Shown piece after piece: positions 1-14,270 of a DNA stretch of 64,000 nt. The position numbers and the translations under genes are program-made. The number at the start of each line of letters is the position of its first letter. Within the stretch, counting starts at the first letter, position 1. The DNA lies in NCBI GenBank assembly GCA_964187785.1, contig OZ076409.1:44952001-45016000 (forward strand), in the 5' to 3' direction. The notes beneath the pieces were generated by a model. It was given only the letters and a program-made list of their open reading frames with translations. It had not been told where the DNA came from and made no database searches. The DNA is from Amphiscolops sp. MND2022. Its lineage: Eukaryota.

Positions 1-153
1 AGGCTAAAAACTGCACCTGCTCCAAGTTGATCTCCTCCGCGATCAGTGGCGCTTGATGGGCAGGTACATCGTTGAACTTCTTGAATTGGAAGTTCAGATT
101 GACCGGCAGAGGCTCCACTTCGAGTAGTTTGCGGATGATGTTTGCACGCATTC
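1..153 (-). CDS. ERR: Estrogen-related receptor, exon starting the ligand-binding domain (continues beyond left edge)
   Basis: Acceptor ...tcactag|GA at 153, phase-compatible with the donor at 8141; reads GMRANIIRKLLEVEPLPVNLNFQFKKF..., resembling ERR LBD helix 1 (NKIVSHLLVAEP). Confidence 0.8.
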
Positions 154-1802
154 CTAGTGATAAAAGTTCAATGACGTTCAGAGCATTGCAATTTACAGAA
201 AGGAGCGGCGTCCTTCCTCATGGCAAAAGGCAACATATTTGAAGTGCAAAATTTTCGTTTCAAATAGAACACAGTTTGTTTCTGCCATTACTGCCAGCCG
301 AGGCACGCCAAACAAAGGAGCGAGAGAACACTGGAATTGAAGTTCCATTAAAGCTGCTTTTACCAGAGTGCGAAATTCAGTTCAAATTTCAACAGAGACG
401 GAAAAATATGAATACATTAATGCACGTGTGAATATTTGACAGCAGGCAATGTTAGACCAAAAGAAAATGTCCCCTGTTGCAAAGCAAGAATAATGCGCAC
501 GCAAACGCCGCAAATCAATCTTAGTCTTTATGTCTCCTCGTTTTTGAAAGCACCACCACCGAGCCACGTAACATTTGCGTTTCTTCTTGGCAAAGAAATA
601 CTACTTATCTAACTTCATTGCTATTGCATCTTTTCTAATCTGTTCTGCAGCATATTCAGACACTTCACCATGGCAAACAAGCGAATTTTTTTGTCAACTA
701 TTCTTTCAGAAATTTCAAGTCGAATAGGAGAAAGTAGACAAAAAAGTATAATAATTGTATTTTCGTATCCTAATGCACATTTTGTCTCCCAGCAGCTCAT
801 TTTCGATAGCAGGAAATATTCGTCAGGAGATTAGGATTACATTATTTCATGAACTGACTCTTTCACAAAACAGAAAAGCCAAAAAATTGCTTTCTTAATG
901 ATAGAAAAATTAATTTTCAACAGGATAGAGTAAAAAAACTATATTCGAATCGAAAAAAAAGCCGTGACTCTAATTTATCACTCATTGAAAAGTATGGGTT
1001 CGTATCGAGGACTGTCCACACTGGAAAAAAAGAAGACTAATAGCATTTTCTGAAAAAAAGCAAGGTCAGAAATCCAAATTAGAAACTGCTGAGATACCTT
1101 TTCAAAACGATAGTTCCCAATTGATTGGTTAAAAACTGATAACTGGGGAAACAGCTAGCATTTTGAGTTAGAACTATGTGCCATGATCGTTGAGCAAAAC
1201 TTGAAGTTCTTGTTCTTCGAGGACAACTATTTCTCGAACAAATAGAGTAGACGTTTTTAAAAGACTCAGGGCTAGCAAGAATTTCAAAGGGTCCAGTCTC
1301 TTCCGTTTCATTCCAGAAAGAGGAAAAAACATTTTCCCTGGAGTTCTCCCATGATACTAACGCTGAGCAGATCATTGGCAACTAAATCTTTACATCTAAT
1401 TCCAGTAAACAATCCCTCATCAGATGAATCTTCTTCCAGAACCGACCTTCTCTGGACTTGGCCTTACTTCAATTGCAGGATTAGCTTGATCGTTTATAAT
1501 ACGGAGTCGGCAGGGTTTGTTTTCACCCGAATAAAATTTTCAATTATTTTGTGCCCATATTCCATATGGGAAAAGAAAATACTTCAATCAAACGGTTTTC
1601 TTTTAAACAAAATTTGCCAAGCACCAAATTTATATTCAAATTGAAGGGTGTCACCCACAGAATTCAACTCACATAAATTTGGCTTCGTGCGATATGTATT
1701 TGTAAAGACTTTTGGAAATTTTTGACAATGACGAAAATGACCCCACAATGACCCCGAAAATAACAAAGATTCCCGATTTGTTTCAACAGACATTGTGAAA
1801 TA

Positions 1803-3363
1803 CACTATGGTAGCAAAAAGCGACGTACAGCTGAAAATTAAATCTTATTCAGTTTGTGAAGAACTTTTCATTTTCATTCTCAACCGGAAAAGAAATCAAT
1901 CACTCTTGAATTAAACATTGTTGAGAATGGTCAAACCGTTGGATTCATACGTTGTTTGCAAAATCGTTACACTTCGCCAAATGGGTTTATCATACAAACA
2001 TATTAAAGAAAAATTGGGCCTTAAATCTCGATAGACAGCTCAAACAGATTATCAGCGTTTTTTTGAGAACGAACCATTATGTGGCGAAAAAAATCTCCAG
2101 GTCGGCCAGAAAGCTCAGCGAACAAGAGCGAAGACTAATAGTTCTAAGAGTGTAAAAAGACCCAAAAACAACAGAACGAATAAGAGTACTGCGAAAATCT
2201 TTTTCAATGTCAAAAACAGTTTCTAGATGTACTATTCGAAGAATCCTGAAGTACGGAATTGTTTCTAGAAAAGCCGCGAAAAAGTTCAATTTGAACAAAA
2301 AACAAAGACTGATAAAAAACGTTGATGCTCGAGAATGTTGAAAAAGCCCCTTGGTTTTTATCCAGCTTCAATTTTCAACCGAAAATGTGAAGTTTTGGAA
2401 TTTCATGAAATTTAGGAAAAAAAGTGCCGAAGAAACCAAAACAAAAAAATCAAATCAATCACTTTCGTAGTGAAATAATAGCGCTTTTGAGAGTGCTTCC
2501 AATGATACAAGACGGGAACATCTAAAGTCGGCGCTAAACCTAAGGCTCAAAAAGCGCAAAGTTTTGAAAATCTGCTCAGGACATTTATGAAAAGACAAAA
2601 AACCTTGAAACACCAAAATAACACAAAGTTTGAAAGGCGACCTTTTAGTTTCGTTTGGTTTCGTTAAAAAAGGAGAAAATGAGGGAGAGGACCCTCTGCA
2701 CTACGTTAGATGCATTTTCACTGGCCAGATTTTGGTGGTACTGTAAAATTGAAGAATGTTGTTTTTTTTTATTCGAAATTTTGCATTTTTGTTCTGAGTT
2801 TTGGCTGGAGGGAAACGTCGTATCCTCATACGAAACCCGTGTGCGCTTGAATAGTCTATGATGTTTAGGTGGGCCATCATATCAGATGGCAGGAAAAGGA
2901 TAATTAAATGTCCAGCAACAGTTAACAGTTACGGATAATTGGAAATGTTAAAGCAATACGATCGACACTGGAGTATACCGGATGTGGTGTTCCAGCAAAA
3001 CAACGCCCCAGTACACCAAAGTGAAGTTGTTCGCAATTTTCAGGCCCAAAAACAATGGGAGGCGCTGAATTGGCCAGCTTACAGTCCTGACCTGAATCCT
3101 ATTGAAAAGATTCGGGCAATTTTGAAAAAAGCTTGCGAGGTCAGATTATTACCTGGGAGAATTAAAAACAAAAGGTTTTGAAAGCGTGGAATCACATAAA
3201 TACTGAAGTTGTTCGCAACTTGTACTCATCGTATGAGAATGGCCTGGTGAAGGTAATCAAAAACCATGGAAGTTTGAGGGGATATTGATTTATTATTTGT
3301 TTCAGCAGTTGTTTCAGAGTTTTTTTAAAATGTTGGTGTACGTAGCTTTTTGATACCATAGTG
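1803..3363 (+). mobile_element. Decayed Tc1-family (DD34E) DNA transposon
   Basis: TIRs CACTATGGTAGCAAAAAGCGACGTACA / TGTACGTAGCTTTTTGATACCATAGTG flanked by TA; remnants RKLSEQERRLIV and FQQNNAPVH-...-WPAYSPDLNPIE (34-residue spacing); frameshifts and an insertion near 2508. Confidence 0.9.
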
Positions 3364-5360
3364 TAGAATGTACCAAACGTTCAACAAGGCAAGAATTCGT
3401 TGTCCAGTAGTTGTTCATCAAGAGACAAATGCGGTTTTCTGAAAAGAAAAGACCCTAATTGACCCCAGAAGTCACGAAAGTCCGAATCTTCTTGATTTTT
3501 ACCAATTTAATGCAATTTTTGTCAAATTTTCGATAGAGGTCGTGGATTAGGATGTTGAAAACGTTCAACACGGCAAGTTCTCGTTGTCTAGTAGGCTTTT
3601 CCGAAGCGATAACAGCGGTTTTTAACTAAAAAAATACTAATTGAAACCGAGAATGACAAAAAATCCTACATTTTTCAACTTTCAATGTTTTCATGCTATT
3701 TTTGTCGAAGTTTCTACATGATTGGTGGATTGAAACGTTGAAAAGGGTCAACAAGGAAAGAGTCTGTTGTTTGCTTCCCAGTAGGCCTAGTGAAGAGAAA
3801 AATGCTGTTTTTTCAAATGAATAATGTCTCGGATTGGCATAGGAAAAGACACATTTTTCAAACTTTTCCAATTTTCACCATTTTCTGTCAAACTTCCGAT
3901 AACTTCGTGGATTATAATGTTGAAACTGTTGAAGAATGGAACAATTCGCTGTTTCAGAAGGCTTTTGTTGACACAGAAATTATATCAAAAATCCAAAACT
4001 TTTGTTGTTTTTAATGCAATTTTTCTACTATTTCCGAGAAAGTTTGTAGACTAGAAGTTCCAAATTGTTCAAACTCAAGAGAACAAGCTATGTAGTACCC
4101 TATTTCATAAGAACGTGCAGCATTTTGCTTCAAAAACACTTCAATGATTTCAAATGAGTCGAAAAATTTCAACATCTTCACGTTTTTATGCAACTTACGA
4201 ATTGATTTGGGGTCAGAATGTACGAAAATGTTCAACAACGACTGAACTCAAAATCCAGTAAACTTTTTCAGGACATAATTGCAGACTTTGGTTGGAAAAT
4301 GTCCAAAAACTGACAGGAAAAATTCAAAAATGCCAAAATTTATTTGGTCAATGACAATTTCAGTAATTTTTCAGATTAGACAATTTTGGCGGAATAAAAA
4401 CTTGGAAACGCTCCAGATGGTATCAATTTTCAAAGAAAACTTTGCACTTTTCTTGGATGGAAGTTTTCTCAAAATGACCCAAAATATGCGAATTTTCAAG
4501 TTTTTGCGTTTTTATGGACTTTTTTGGATAATTTTCGAGCAACTTCCATGCATAAAATGACTCAAAAACTCAGCAACGACTAATTCTGATATCCAGTAGG
4601 CGTCTTTGAAGATGTAACTAAATTTTGTAGGAATTGGCCGCAGAAACACCTCAAAATTCAAAGAACGAGAAAAAATCACATTTGACACATTAAAACCAAG
4701 TTTTGTTCAAACCACGACACTTGTTGTAGAATGAACATCCATTGATATGAACATTGATACAAAATGGTATACAAAACGCAAATTGTGAAAGAAACCGGGA
4801 TAAAGTTCCTCAAATTTAACAAAGGTACCAAAATTTACGAATTTTCTCAATTTTATACAACATAGCCCCAATTTTGTACCCATTCAGGAAATTTACTTTG
4901 ATCAGAAACCCCATAGGCTCAAGATTTAAATGTGTAGCTACCACTAGAGTTTCAAAAAGAAGTCAGACAAGTTTATTTGCACATCTTTCAAAAACTTTAC
5001 TTGAAAACGTAAAGTTCGAATTCATTTGTCAAATATTTTTTCGAAATTTTCTGTCAAGTAATCAATATTGAGAAAACTTCAAGCAAAATCACTGGTTATG
5101 GAGTACGCCTTCCAAAGGAAATTCTTTCGCAGTTCTCCACGTGGGACAAAAACCTGAGAATGACATGAAAATCAAGATATTTTTGACGTTTTGCAATTTT
5201 TTGTACAATTTTCGAGCTATTTCGTGGGTTAGAATGGTGTAAACATTCAAAACTAAACTCGGTTTCCATTAGGCGTTTTAGAAGAGACATCTGTAGTTTC
5301 TTGTTGGAAAAGTTCAAAGTTGTCGAAAGCATCAAATTTTCCCGATTACTGAAAATTTTT
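3364..5360. repeat. Highly diverged tandem array, ~180 bp period
   Basis: Motif TAGAATGTNNAAACGTTCAACA...CCAGTAGGC recurs near 3364, 3548, 3731, 3913, 4215, 4552 and 5230; related array near 12140-13180. Confidence 0.6.
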
Positions 5361-6936
5361 GGTGACGTTCTGTTAAAATACCAAGCCCGAACCGGCCCAA
5401 GTTGGCGGCCCGCTGAAGTTTGCTAAACGTGCAAAGGACACTATTTTCAAATTTTTACCAATTCTCATTGTAAAAATTTACCCCAGGAAAAACGCCTGAG
5501 ACGCGGTAACCACTTTTTCCCCAACAAGAAACAAAAAATCCATTTTTAGAAATTTTTCGGAAAAGTCCCATAGTGCCGAAAAAAGTTTCAACTCGGTTAA
5601 CTAGTTTTTCTCAAGTTGAAATCAGCTTTGAAAATGAGGGGTACCCTTCGACCAGATGAATGTTTCAGGAAGACGCACAGAGGCGAAAGTAGCTGAAAAG
5701 AGGTTTTTCCACAATCACTCTGACAACTCATCAGTTGCACAGAATCAAAAAACAAAGAGGTCACCCTCAAGACTCGGAAAACATATTTTTTACAGAAAAC
5801 CTCAAAAACGTAAAAGTGCAAAAAAATATGTTTCGAAAATGGCTTTCGGAAAAAATCCAATAAATTTCTGAACTCTGGAGGTCGCACAGTGCCGGAAAAA
5901 AACGAAAAGTGACCAGCTCTGCTTGCAAAACGCTGTGGTTTCTGCTGAAAATCGAAATTATGTTAGCAAAATTGTGAAAAATGTCGAAAAGTCCCGAAAA
6001 AAGTTGAAGAGTGGGACCCTTTGGTCTTCCCCTACTTTTCCAACAAAAAAACTTTTTTGGTTGAGTGCGAGACTCGAACCCACGTACCCTTGCTTCTAAC
6101 ACTGGAGGATATCCGCGTTAACCACTCGGTCAAGTGGCAGTGAGAAGTTACTTGAAAAGTTGAAGAACTTTTGGTAGATCAGGTGTTATCGAGAAAAATG
6201 CTGACGAAAAGCGCCGACTGATAATTTGATATGTTAGGTACTGGTATCCACATAGTTCAACAAAACAATTAGGTACTTAGCGTGTTGATAAATTGTGTTT
6301 GCTCTAAAAATCTGCCAAGATGAATCACAACTTTCTTTGCTTCGAACTTTGGATTTCCATAGTGCATTGGCTATTCTTGAGCCTCAAATTTATGTCGTGG
6401 TAGAACAGTTTGGGGCGGAAAATATCGCGCTGCTCAGCGGGCGTCTAGCTTTGATCCAATTTAGAAGAAAATATTCAAGATAATTCGATTAAAAGTCAAA
6501 ATGTAGAAAACGGAACAATTTCATAATGAATTCAAAAGTTGGATCAAACTTTTTTGGGTTTTTCAACGCTAAATTGGCTGGTTTCTAGTCTTCGACAGAA
6601 TCAAGCGTAAAGTGGTGAAAATGCATCATGATCGCCCAGTGCTCAGAACGAAAGTCAAAAAAGGTTTGACGTAGATCAAACAACTCACCTTACGTCAAAA
6701 AAGGCATATTTTTGGTAACTTTAATCAATCATGATTAAAACCGTTAATATCAAGTTGATTCAAATCAATGCTTATAATCAGCCAACCCTGTGGGTCAGAG
6801 TATTCAACTTTTCGGAGTTTGTTAAACAAGTAGATAGGTCTTCCACCAATGAATCTACCATGTTGAGTCTTCCAGCATGCATGTTTAGTCTGTTAATATT
6901 GTATATTCTGCTTTGTTTAGTTGGGAAATTTAAATT

Positions 6937-6993
6937 TGTTTCACTTGAATTTCCGGTGTTTCACTTGAACTTCTCGAGTGTTTCACTTGAATT
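6937..6993. repeat. 20-21 bp tandem repeat (TGTTTCACTTGAA core) x3
   Basis: Direct reading. Confidence 0.75.
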
Positions 6994-8140
6994 ACAAAAG
7001 GTATATTCATCTCACTTGTTGCTGCAAGTACTAGGCAAGTCAATTCTGAAAAAAAATATCTGGCGGAGGTACCACTGAAAAAGGCCTGATCAATTTCTTC
7101 AAAATTGCAGATTACGCAGAACAAGGAATCTAATGTAACTTCAGTAGAAATGTGATTGATAAACCATTGAAATATATTTTTTTAAAACATCTTATGCCTT
7201 CTAACAAGTAATACAATGGAAGCCACAAAGTTTAGTTTCAACAAACCCTGACGCAGAAGACACTGTTGCGCCAGGTCTTCTCACATCATATCTCGAATCT
7301 TTGACTCACAGGAGAGGTATGGATTGTTTACATACACTGGTTTATGGCTGAACCTCAATTATTAAACCAATTTACTGTTACCAAACAAATTCCAGAAACA
7401 GACTCACAGCCGGAGTTGAATTACTTAACTAAGCAAAGACAATACATTACATTCGACGACAATGTTCTCACAAAATACTTCTAGTGAAAACTTCTAAGCT
7501 ATTAGTCGCTGTCATTGAAAGCAGAGATGAAAATGATATTCAGGAGTCTTTCTTGGTTTCATTAGTAAACGCATTGTACTTTTCATTTCTAGTTTCAACA
7601 ATTACGCATCAAAAATTATCAAAAGACTCAGAATAATTTTAATTGGCGTCGCTTGGAGCTTTTCGGCTTGTCAAAAGAGATTATTAGGCAAAATTTGATC
7701 TCACAGGCTTGTAGGCAGTTCAAAGTAAACATTCCGCATGAAGAGTAATTAGTAGCAAAAACTTGCTGTAGCTCTCGTCGTTTGATACACATTGATTTTT
7801 GTGTTATCTAACAAAAAAAATCGCGGCTTCCTCTACTTTATGGAGGAATGAAAATTAGCTTATAGCTACACTTGTAAGTATTAATAACCAAAGCTCTTGC
7901 TCCGTCGTAATGAGCACAACAAACTTCAAACTCATATCCCTTCCCGAAATGCAGTAGAATAGTAACTATATAGAAGTGAAATAATTTACAAGTAGATGCG
8001 GAAATGAGCTCCCCGTCGATCAATATAGCGTCAATCAATATAACAGTCACGACAGAAGGAAAAAACATTAATTAAATGATCAATTCGTATGACAGTTCTA
8101 AGTTTGAAAATTTCGTTACAAAAGATAATAATGAGCGTAC

Positions 8141-8251
8141 CTTGAATTTCACTGGGTGCAGTGTTTACGTTTAGGTTGGGGTCTAGCAGCGAAGGTACAG
8201 GGTTCGGATGGTACTTCTGTCTGCCTCCCCTCACGCGATCCGGTCTCACAC
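8141..8251 (-). CDS. ERR: Estrogen-related receptor, C-terminal extension/hinge exon
   Basis: tttcag|GT GTG AGA CCG ... CAA G|gtacgc; reads GVRPDRVRGGRQKYHPNP..., the NR3B CTE motif. Confidence 0.93.
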
Positions 8252-8748
8252 CTGAAAACAATGAAGACTATGTTTGAAGCGACAACAGGAAAGTACGAAA
8301 AAAATAATTCAGGCCAAAAGGAGCAAAAAGCTTAGAATTTTAAGCCCAAGAGGTGATTGACTTTAAAGCATTATAAATAGTTTTTTTAAAAATTTACCAT
8401 CTGTGCAGACTTAGCTTTGAACTTGAACACAGTCATTTGAGCCATTGATAAAAATCTTGATGAAACATGATAATTTGACAAGAAAATGATTTCTAAAAGC
8501 TATACGTAAAATTTCAGATGCAATAAATTGCCAAAACTATCCAATTATCTTTGAATTGACACTTATTTTAACCACTAATTCAACTGCACTTCTCTGCAGG
8601 TAAAACCAATACAATATAAATGATATGAAGACGCTTCGAATATACAGGCGAGATCAGAGTAAGCCTAATTGTAACATCACGCAAGAGCTTTCACTACAGT
8701 CCTGTGATGAAGGTATGGAACCCCCTGTTCGGTAATTAGGTTTGGAAC

Positions 8749-9135
8749 GGTTACATGACTTTTCGTCCTATACAATTTCAACCGTTCACAATTTTCAACC
8801 TTCCGCAATTTCGACCTACACTAATTTCGGCTAATTACTCTAAATTCGGTTAACTTATCATTTCAGTACAATAGTTAATAAAATATTGGTAAAATAATTA
8901 TTGGTAACTATCCATGAAGAAGACAAAACGTATCAAAACTGGCGTAAAACTTTGCACATTTGAATTTAGAAAAATATGAAAATGAAAACCACCTAAAAGA
9001 ATTATTTAATTACAATCCATTAGCCAAAATTAATTTAGGTCGAAATGGCGGAAGGTCGAAAATGCAATAGCTTGAAATTGTGAGTGGTTTCAATGGCAAC
9101 GGTTGAAATTGCATAGGATGAAATGTCCTGACACC
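8749..9135. mobile_element. Mutator-like MITE
   Basis: GG...CC termini, long imperfect inverted arms, exact 9-bp TSD GTTTGGAAC (8740-8748 and 9136-9144). Confidence 0.8.
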
Positions 9136-10442
9136 GTTTGGAACACCCAATGATTTCGCGAAATTCTGGTTTCGTGGATTTTTGTCAAATTTACATCTAG
9201 GAAGTCTTACAACCAATGAGACAAAATGGTAAATAATTATATTTACAACTATAATAATGGAAATCCAAATGCAGAGTCTAAATTAAGAGCAGAACATAGT
9301 CAAAATTTACCTTTTGATATTGTTCATGATGCCCATCATCTAATATTTACACTCGAAAAAAATATAACCGCCCCAATGTGTACGTGTAAAAAGATAGTAG
9401 CAAATCCGTGATCTAAAATCTATAATCAATCTTTATACATGTACCGGAAATATTTTCGTGCAGATTGTCGATTTTCTTTGGACGTGTAAACACTGAGGGC
9501 CTCAAAAGTGAGGGCCTAATCAGTAGAAAGCGATGAATTGGAAGACAAGACACCCGCAATACACCGGGATATTTTCCGCATTCAATTGGCTAACAATGGA
9601 CACTTAATTGAAAATTTACCTCCTTCTTGGTAAAATGCAATTTACTTCGGATATCACGTCAAAAGTTCGGATATAGGTAACTAAAGTAACTAAAAATAGT
9701 AACTAAAATAGACAAGTAACTAGAATAGTCAAGTAACTAAGTGATGGAGATCGAAAAGATTTGGCAGAATTTGGAAAAAAAGGCAACAGAGATTATGATT
9801 TTCCTCCCCCATTATACGTGGGCGAAAAATAAAGAGCAAAACCTAATCAAAATTGTTTGTAAATCACACAAAAATCAAAACTTGGATCGCAAACCAAATG
9901 ATACACAGAGATCTTAGAAGCTGATGTCCGCAATATTTATCATAGAAGTTTCAAACAAACGCGAATATGAACTAGATTGAATTTCAAGAAATTTTTATCA
10001 GAAGCATTTCTGATAATCACTAGTTACAGAGATATGAGTAGATAAATGGGGTGTTTCAAATCTTATTATCAATTAGTGGTAATTCTTTTTACCACATGAC
10101 TGTATAAATGAATGCATAAAGTCGCAACTGGAAAACCTCTGGTTTGAATTAGCATTGTTGCGTTTTTGTTGTAAACGTTGTTCTAAAGATGGATTTCGAC
10201 TCCGTTAACACAATAATAGGTGAAAATTAGGCCTGTAGATTCTATTTTTTTGAATCAATATTTTAGAAATTCTAAAGGGATGTCTCTTGGTAAGAGCCCA
10301 ACAGTTAAACTATTTACGAGCTCTAAGGAGATTAGGGAATGGTAGTATGATGCCCTCCTACTACTTCGGGCATACTGAAGCCACTCTATAACCAATACAA
10401 CGAAAAGAATTGCAGTATTTCCAAAAACGTAACCGTACTAAC

Positions 10443-10622
10443 CTTCTTTCATCATGCCAACTAGCAAACATTTCTTGAAGCGGCATGCTTGACAAGCTTT
10501 CCTTCGGTTTTTGCTGATTTCACAGTTGTCATCAGAAGGGCAAGAATACTCTATGTTGCCTTGAACTGTGCGCTTGAAGAACGCCTTGCATGCCTCACAC
10601 GAGAACACCCCGTAGTGATGAC
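10443..10622 (-). CDS. ERR: Estrogen-related receptor, DNA-binding domain exon
   Basis: ttaag|GT ... GAA G|gttagt; reads [61 protein letters not shown]-box CEACKA is typical of ERR. Confidence 0.95.
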
Positions 10623-11576
10623 CTTAAGCAATAATGACTTCTTGCACAGGCTTCGAGTTATGATACAAGATATCAAATGCATATTTGAATAACCCCAGTT
10701 TTTAATATTCAATTCAAACAGCAAAGCCTCAAATATACTTGCTGATGAACATTGAAAAATCCTTCAACGGAGCAAAATCATACGTCAATAACTTTTCCGT
10801 TCAAAAATGGAAAGTCGCATTTGATTTGAGGAATGATTTTGGCCATAATTCTTCCAAAAATTTTAGATTTCCTACTTTTCCATGCAACTTCTGTCATTTT
10901 TTCGATAGACTTAATGGCTTACAATGTTGTAAACGTTCAAAATGGGAAACACTCGTTGCCAGGAGGCTTCTTTGAAAAAACAAAAGTTTCCTCTTTTTGT
11001 CGTTTTTCATACAATTCGTGTACAAATTCCAAGGGTTTCGATTGGTTAGAGGAATCAAAACGTTCAAAGACGAAAGAAATAGCTGGGCAGTATACCTTTT
11101 TGAAGAGAAAGTTGTAGTGTTTTTGCTTCAAAAACACTTCAGAATGACTCCAAATGAGACCAAAATTGGAGAATTTTGTTTTTTTTTCAAACATTTCTCA
11201 AATAAGTTTTCTGATTGTTTTGAATCTTTTCGTCGTAATATTGTTGAAAAATGGATAAACTTACTCTCAAGTAAGCTTTTTGAAGAGATTTCCGCATGCT
11301 TATGTCAGGAAATCTTTCGAATTGGCTTCAAAAAATTCGAAAATATCAAATTTGACACTTTTGATGGTGCAATTCTGGAACAATTTCGCAAAATTAGATC
11401 GCTATTCAAAGCTCCAAGCAAAAAATCTAGCCAGACACTCGCTATGATTTTCATAGGAAAAGTGGTAGTTTTATAGGGAGAACAGTACCGCCGATTGGCC
11501 AAAACAATCAGTCAACGTCTGGCGTTTCTATTTTGTAAGTTTTGAGGTTGTCGAGTTTTCGTGTTTTAGAATAATA

Positions 11577-12067
11577 ACAAGACGAGAACGTCCAAAGTCG
11601 GCGCCATATCTAAGGCTCAAAAAGCGCAAAAAATTTTTTTTGGAAAAAAACATGAATTTTTGAAACAAAAAATTTCTTTCGAAAAAAGTCGCATAGTGCC
11701 GAAAAATGTAAAAGGGGGGACCCTTTGTGATGTATTAACATACATTCAGTTGCAAAATATGAAAAAACTCGAAGGGGGGACCCTTTTGGAACAATAAAAA
11801 TTTTTTCGAAAAAAAAGTCGCACAGTGCCGAAAAAAATCCAAAGGGGGGACCCTTTGGGCACGTCCGGTTGTGTATGTTTCCTTGAAAAAGTAAAAACTG
11901 AAAGGGGGACCCTTTGGAGTAAAGTTTGCCTTCTGCGCAGAATTGCAGAATTGTAAGAAAAGTGGACCACTCAGAGTGAGATTGTCAACTGAAAAAAACA
12001 AAAAAAAAAAACTACTCACTGTAAGAGTCGGGCTTTTTTCCTTAAGGGAAAAGGCGCCGACTAAAAA
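11577..12067 (-). mobile_element. Helentron/DINE-1-like non-autonomous element, family 1
   Basis: Subterminal inverted repeat AGTCGGCGC/GCGCCGACT, terminal hairpin GACG-ttct-CGTC, internal GGGGGACCCTTT repeats. Confidence 0.75.
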
Positions 12068-13184
12068 CACGTCCGAACACCGAATCAAAACGTCCAAACA
12101 CCGTATCAAGTGAGCTCTTCACAAAAAAAATGCAACAAACGTTTCTTGTAACAAAAATGCTTATTCATGACACCAAATCAGTAGGAAATTATTCGACTTT
12201 TGATAATTTTTATGACTTTCTATTCAAAATTAGAATACGTTGATGAGCTAAAAGCTACGAAAAGATCCAGACAATACAACAAGGTTCGCAGCACGCTTTT
12301 AAAAGAAGTTCGCAGTTCCTATGGCAAAATACGTCAGGATGGCTCAAAATATTCAAAGTTGCTGACGCTCTTATGCAACATTTTTGTAAATACTTTGAAC
12401 AATTTTGTGGCATACAGTAGCTCAATCACTCAACAACGACCAAATCCGGGAACGACCAAGCCCGATTAGTGGTTTCTGAAGTTATAAAAACAAGCTCTTA
12501 TTAGAATATGCCTCAGAAACACCCCAAAAACCAAAAATGGCAAAACTCGTTTTTTGGCAACTTATTGCCCAGTTCAGTTCAATTCAAGAGTTTTTCTGTA
12601 GAATAGAACTTCCATTGACCTGAGCGTTGAAACAATTGGGTACTCAAACGCTACTTGGGAGAGAAAATTGTATGAAGTTGGTCGAATTTGAGAACGAAAG
12701 TTATAAATCCCGAAGTTTCACATTCATCGACCACATACATCCAATTTTGGACATTTTCTAAATATATTTCTAAATCAAATACCACATAGGAACAGGATCG
12801 AATTAAGTAGCTACCAGTACGGGTTGCAAAAATTGCACCACTGCGAAAAACTCACGAAATTGAAGAAAATGATTTAAAAAATTTCGACCTTTTTGGTCAA
12901 TAGTTATTCTTAGTACCTATGCAGTACACCGTACGAAGGAAACCTCTGCTGTTTTCTAGGTAGAAAAATACGCAGAAATACCCCTAAACGTCCGAAAGTG
13001 TTTGACGTTTGCATGCACATTTTGTAAAACATTCGAGCTATTTCGTTGGTTACAATGGTGTAAATAATCACCACCGACTAAACTCGGTATTCAGTAGGCA
13101 TTTTGGAAAAGATATGGGCAATTTCTTGTTTTAAAAGCGTGTCATAGTTGACCCAAAAGAATGCAAAAAAATCACATTTTTCCA

Positions 13185-13644
13185 TTTTTAGTCGGCGCTT
13201 CATGAAGTGAAACGCGACTATTATAGTGACTCTTTTTTTCAACCCACACGAACTGACCAAAATAGTTCTTGAAAGTCATACGAAATTTTATGGTCCCAAA
13301 GTCAATCATTTAGCCTAGCGAATTACACCAAAAAGGGGTTTCCACGTTTTCCGCGTAACATACAATACCGGGAGAGACTAAAGGGTCCCCCCTTTCAGTT
13401 TTTTCGGCATTGTGAGATTTTTTTTCGAGAAAAAAATTTCCCAAAAAGTCCCACTTTCAATTTTTTGATGTTTTGAGACAGAATGGATGTTGAAAAATCC
13501 AAAGGGTACCCCTTACATTTTTTTCGGCATTTTGAGACTTTTCATTTTTTTTTCATTAAAGGGTCCCCGGGTCCCCATTTCACCAATACTTTGACTTTTT
13601 AAAGTCTTTTTGCTCTTTCTGAGCCTTAGGTATGGCGCCGACTT
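13185..13644 (+). mobile_element. Helentron/DINE-1-like element, family 1 (3' hairpin lost)
   Basis: TTTTTAGTCGGCGCTTCATG start, GCGCCGACT end. Confidence 0.7.
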
Positions 13645-14270
13645 CCCTATGAAAGATCTTGTTTTGGGATGAAGGCTTGGCTGTAAGTTCCATGAATTTT
13701 AGTTCGCTCAATTCAATTTTAAGGTTTGTCTCAATGAAACTTAAGCGGTAAGTCAAACTCGGAAGCCGGTAGCCGTACTAGTTAATAACAGCTGTACTAG
13801 TGATTTTATCGGCGTTTTCGATTATGGCAAGGGTTTTTTAAAGACCAGTGACCTGACAGATTTCTATAAACTTTTCTTAGGATACCCAATTTCTTTTGTA
13901 CTACTAATAAAGCTTATAGATCGAGGAGAATCAAAGGTGTTCACTGGTACAGTGATAAATTGTGCGCTACCGAATGAGTTATTGAATGTCTGGTTATTTC
14001 AGATGTTTTTTATTATCGAACTTTGTTAAGTTAAGGGGTTAAAGGTTAGAGTCACAAGCAAAAATATTACTGAGCCCATCAGGGACCTATTTTTAAAACC
14101 GCACTTTCTACTAAGAATGAACTTGACTGTTTCGCTCACTTACAGTCCTCAGAGAAAGGTAGTGGATCTGTCTATGCATCCTATGTTTTAATCGACACAA
14201 AGCGAGCAATTATTTGTCAACCTTTACTTTCCACAGAGCTGAAGCTGCTTTTGAAAGTCCTTTTTTCCTA

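Noticed and set aside
10739..11502. Cluster of overlapping ORFs up to 159 aa in the ERR intron
   Set aside because: No recognisable motif; may be a decayed transposon but cannot be supported
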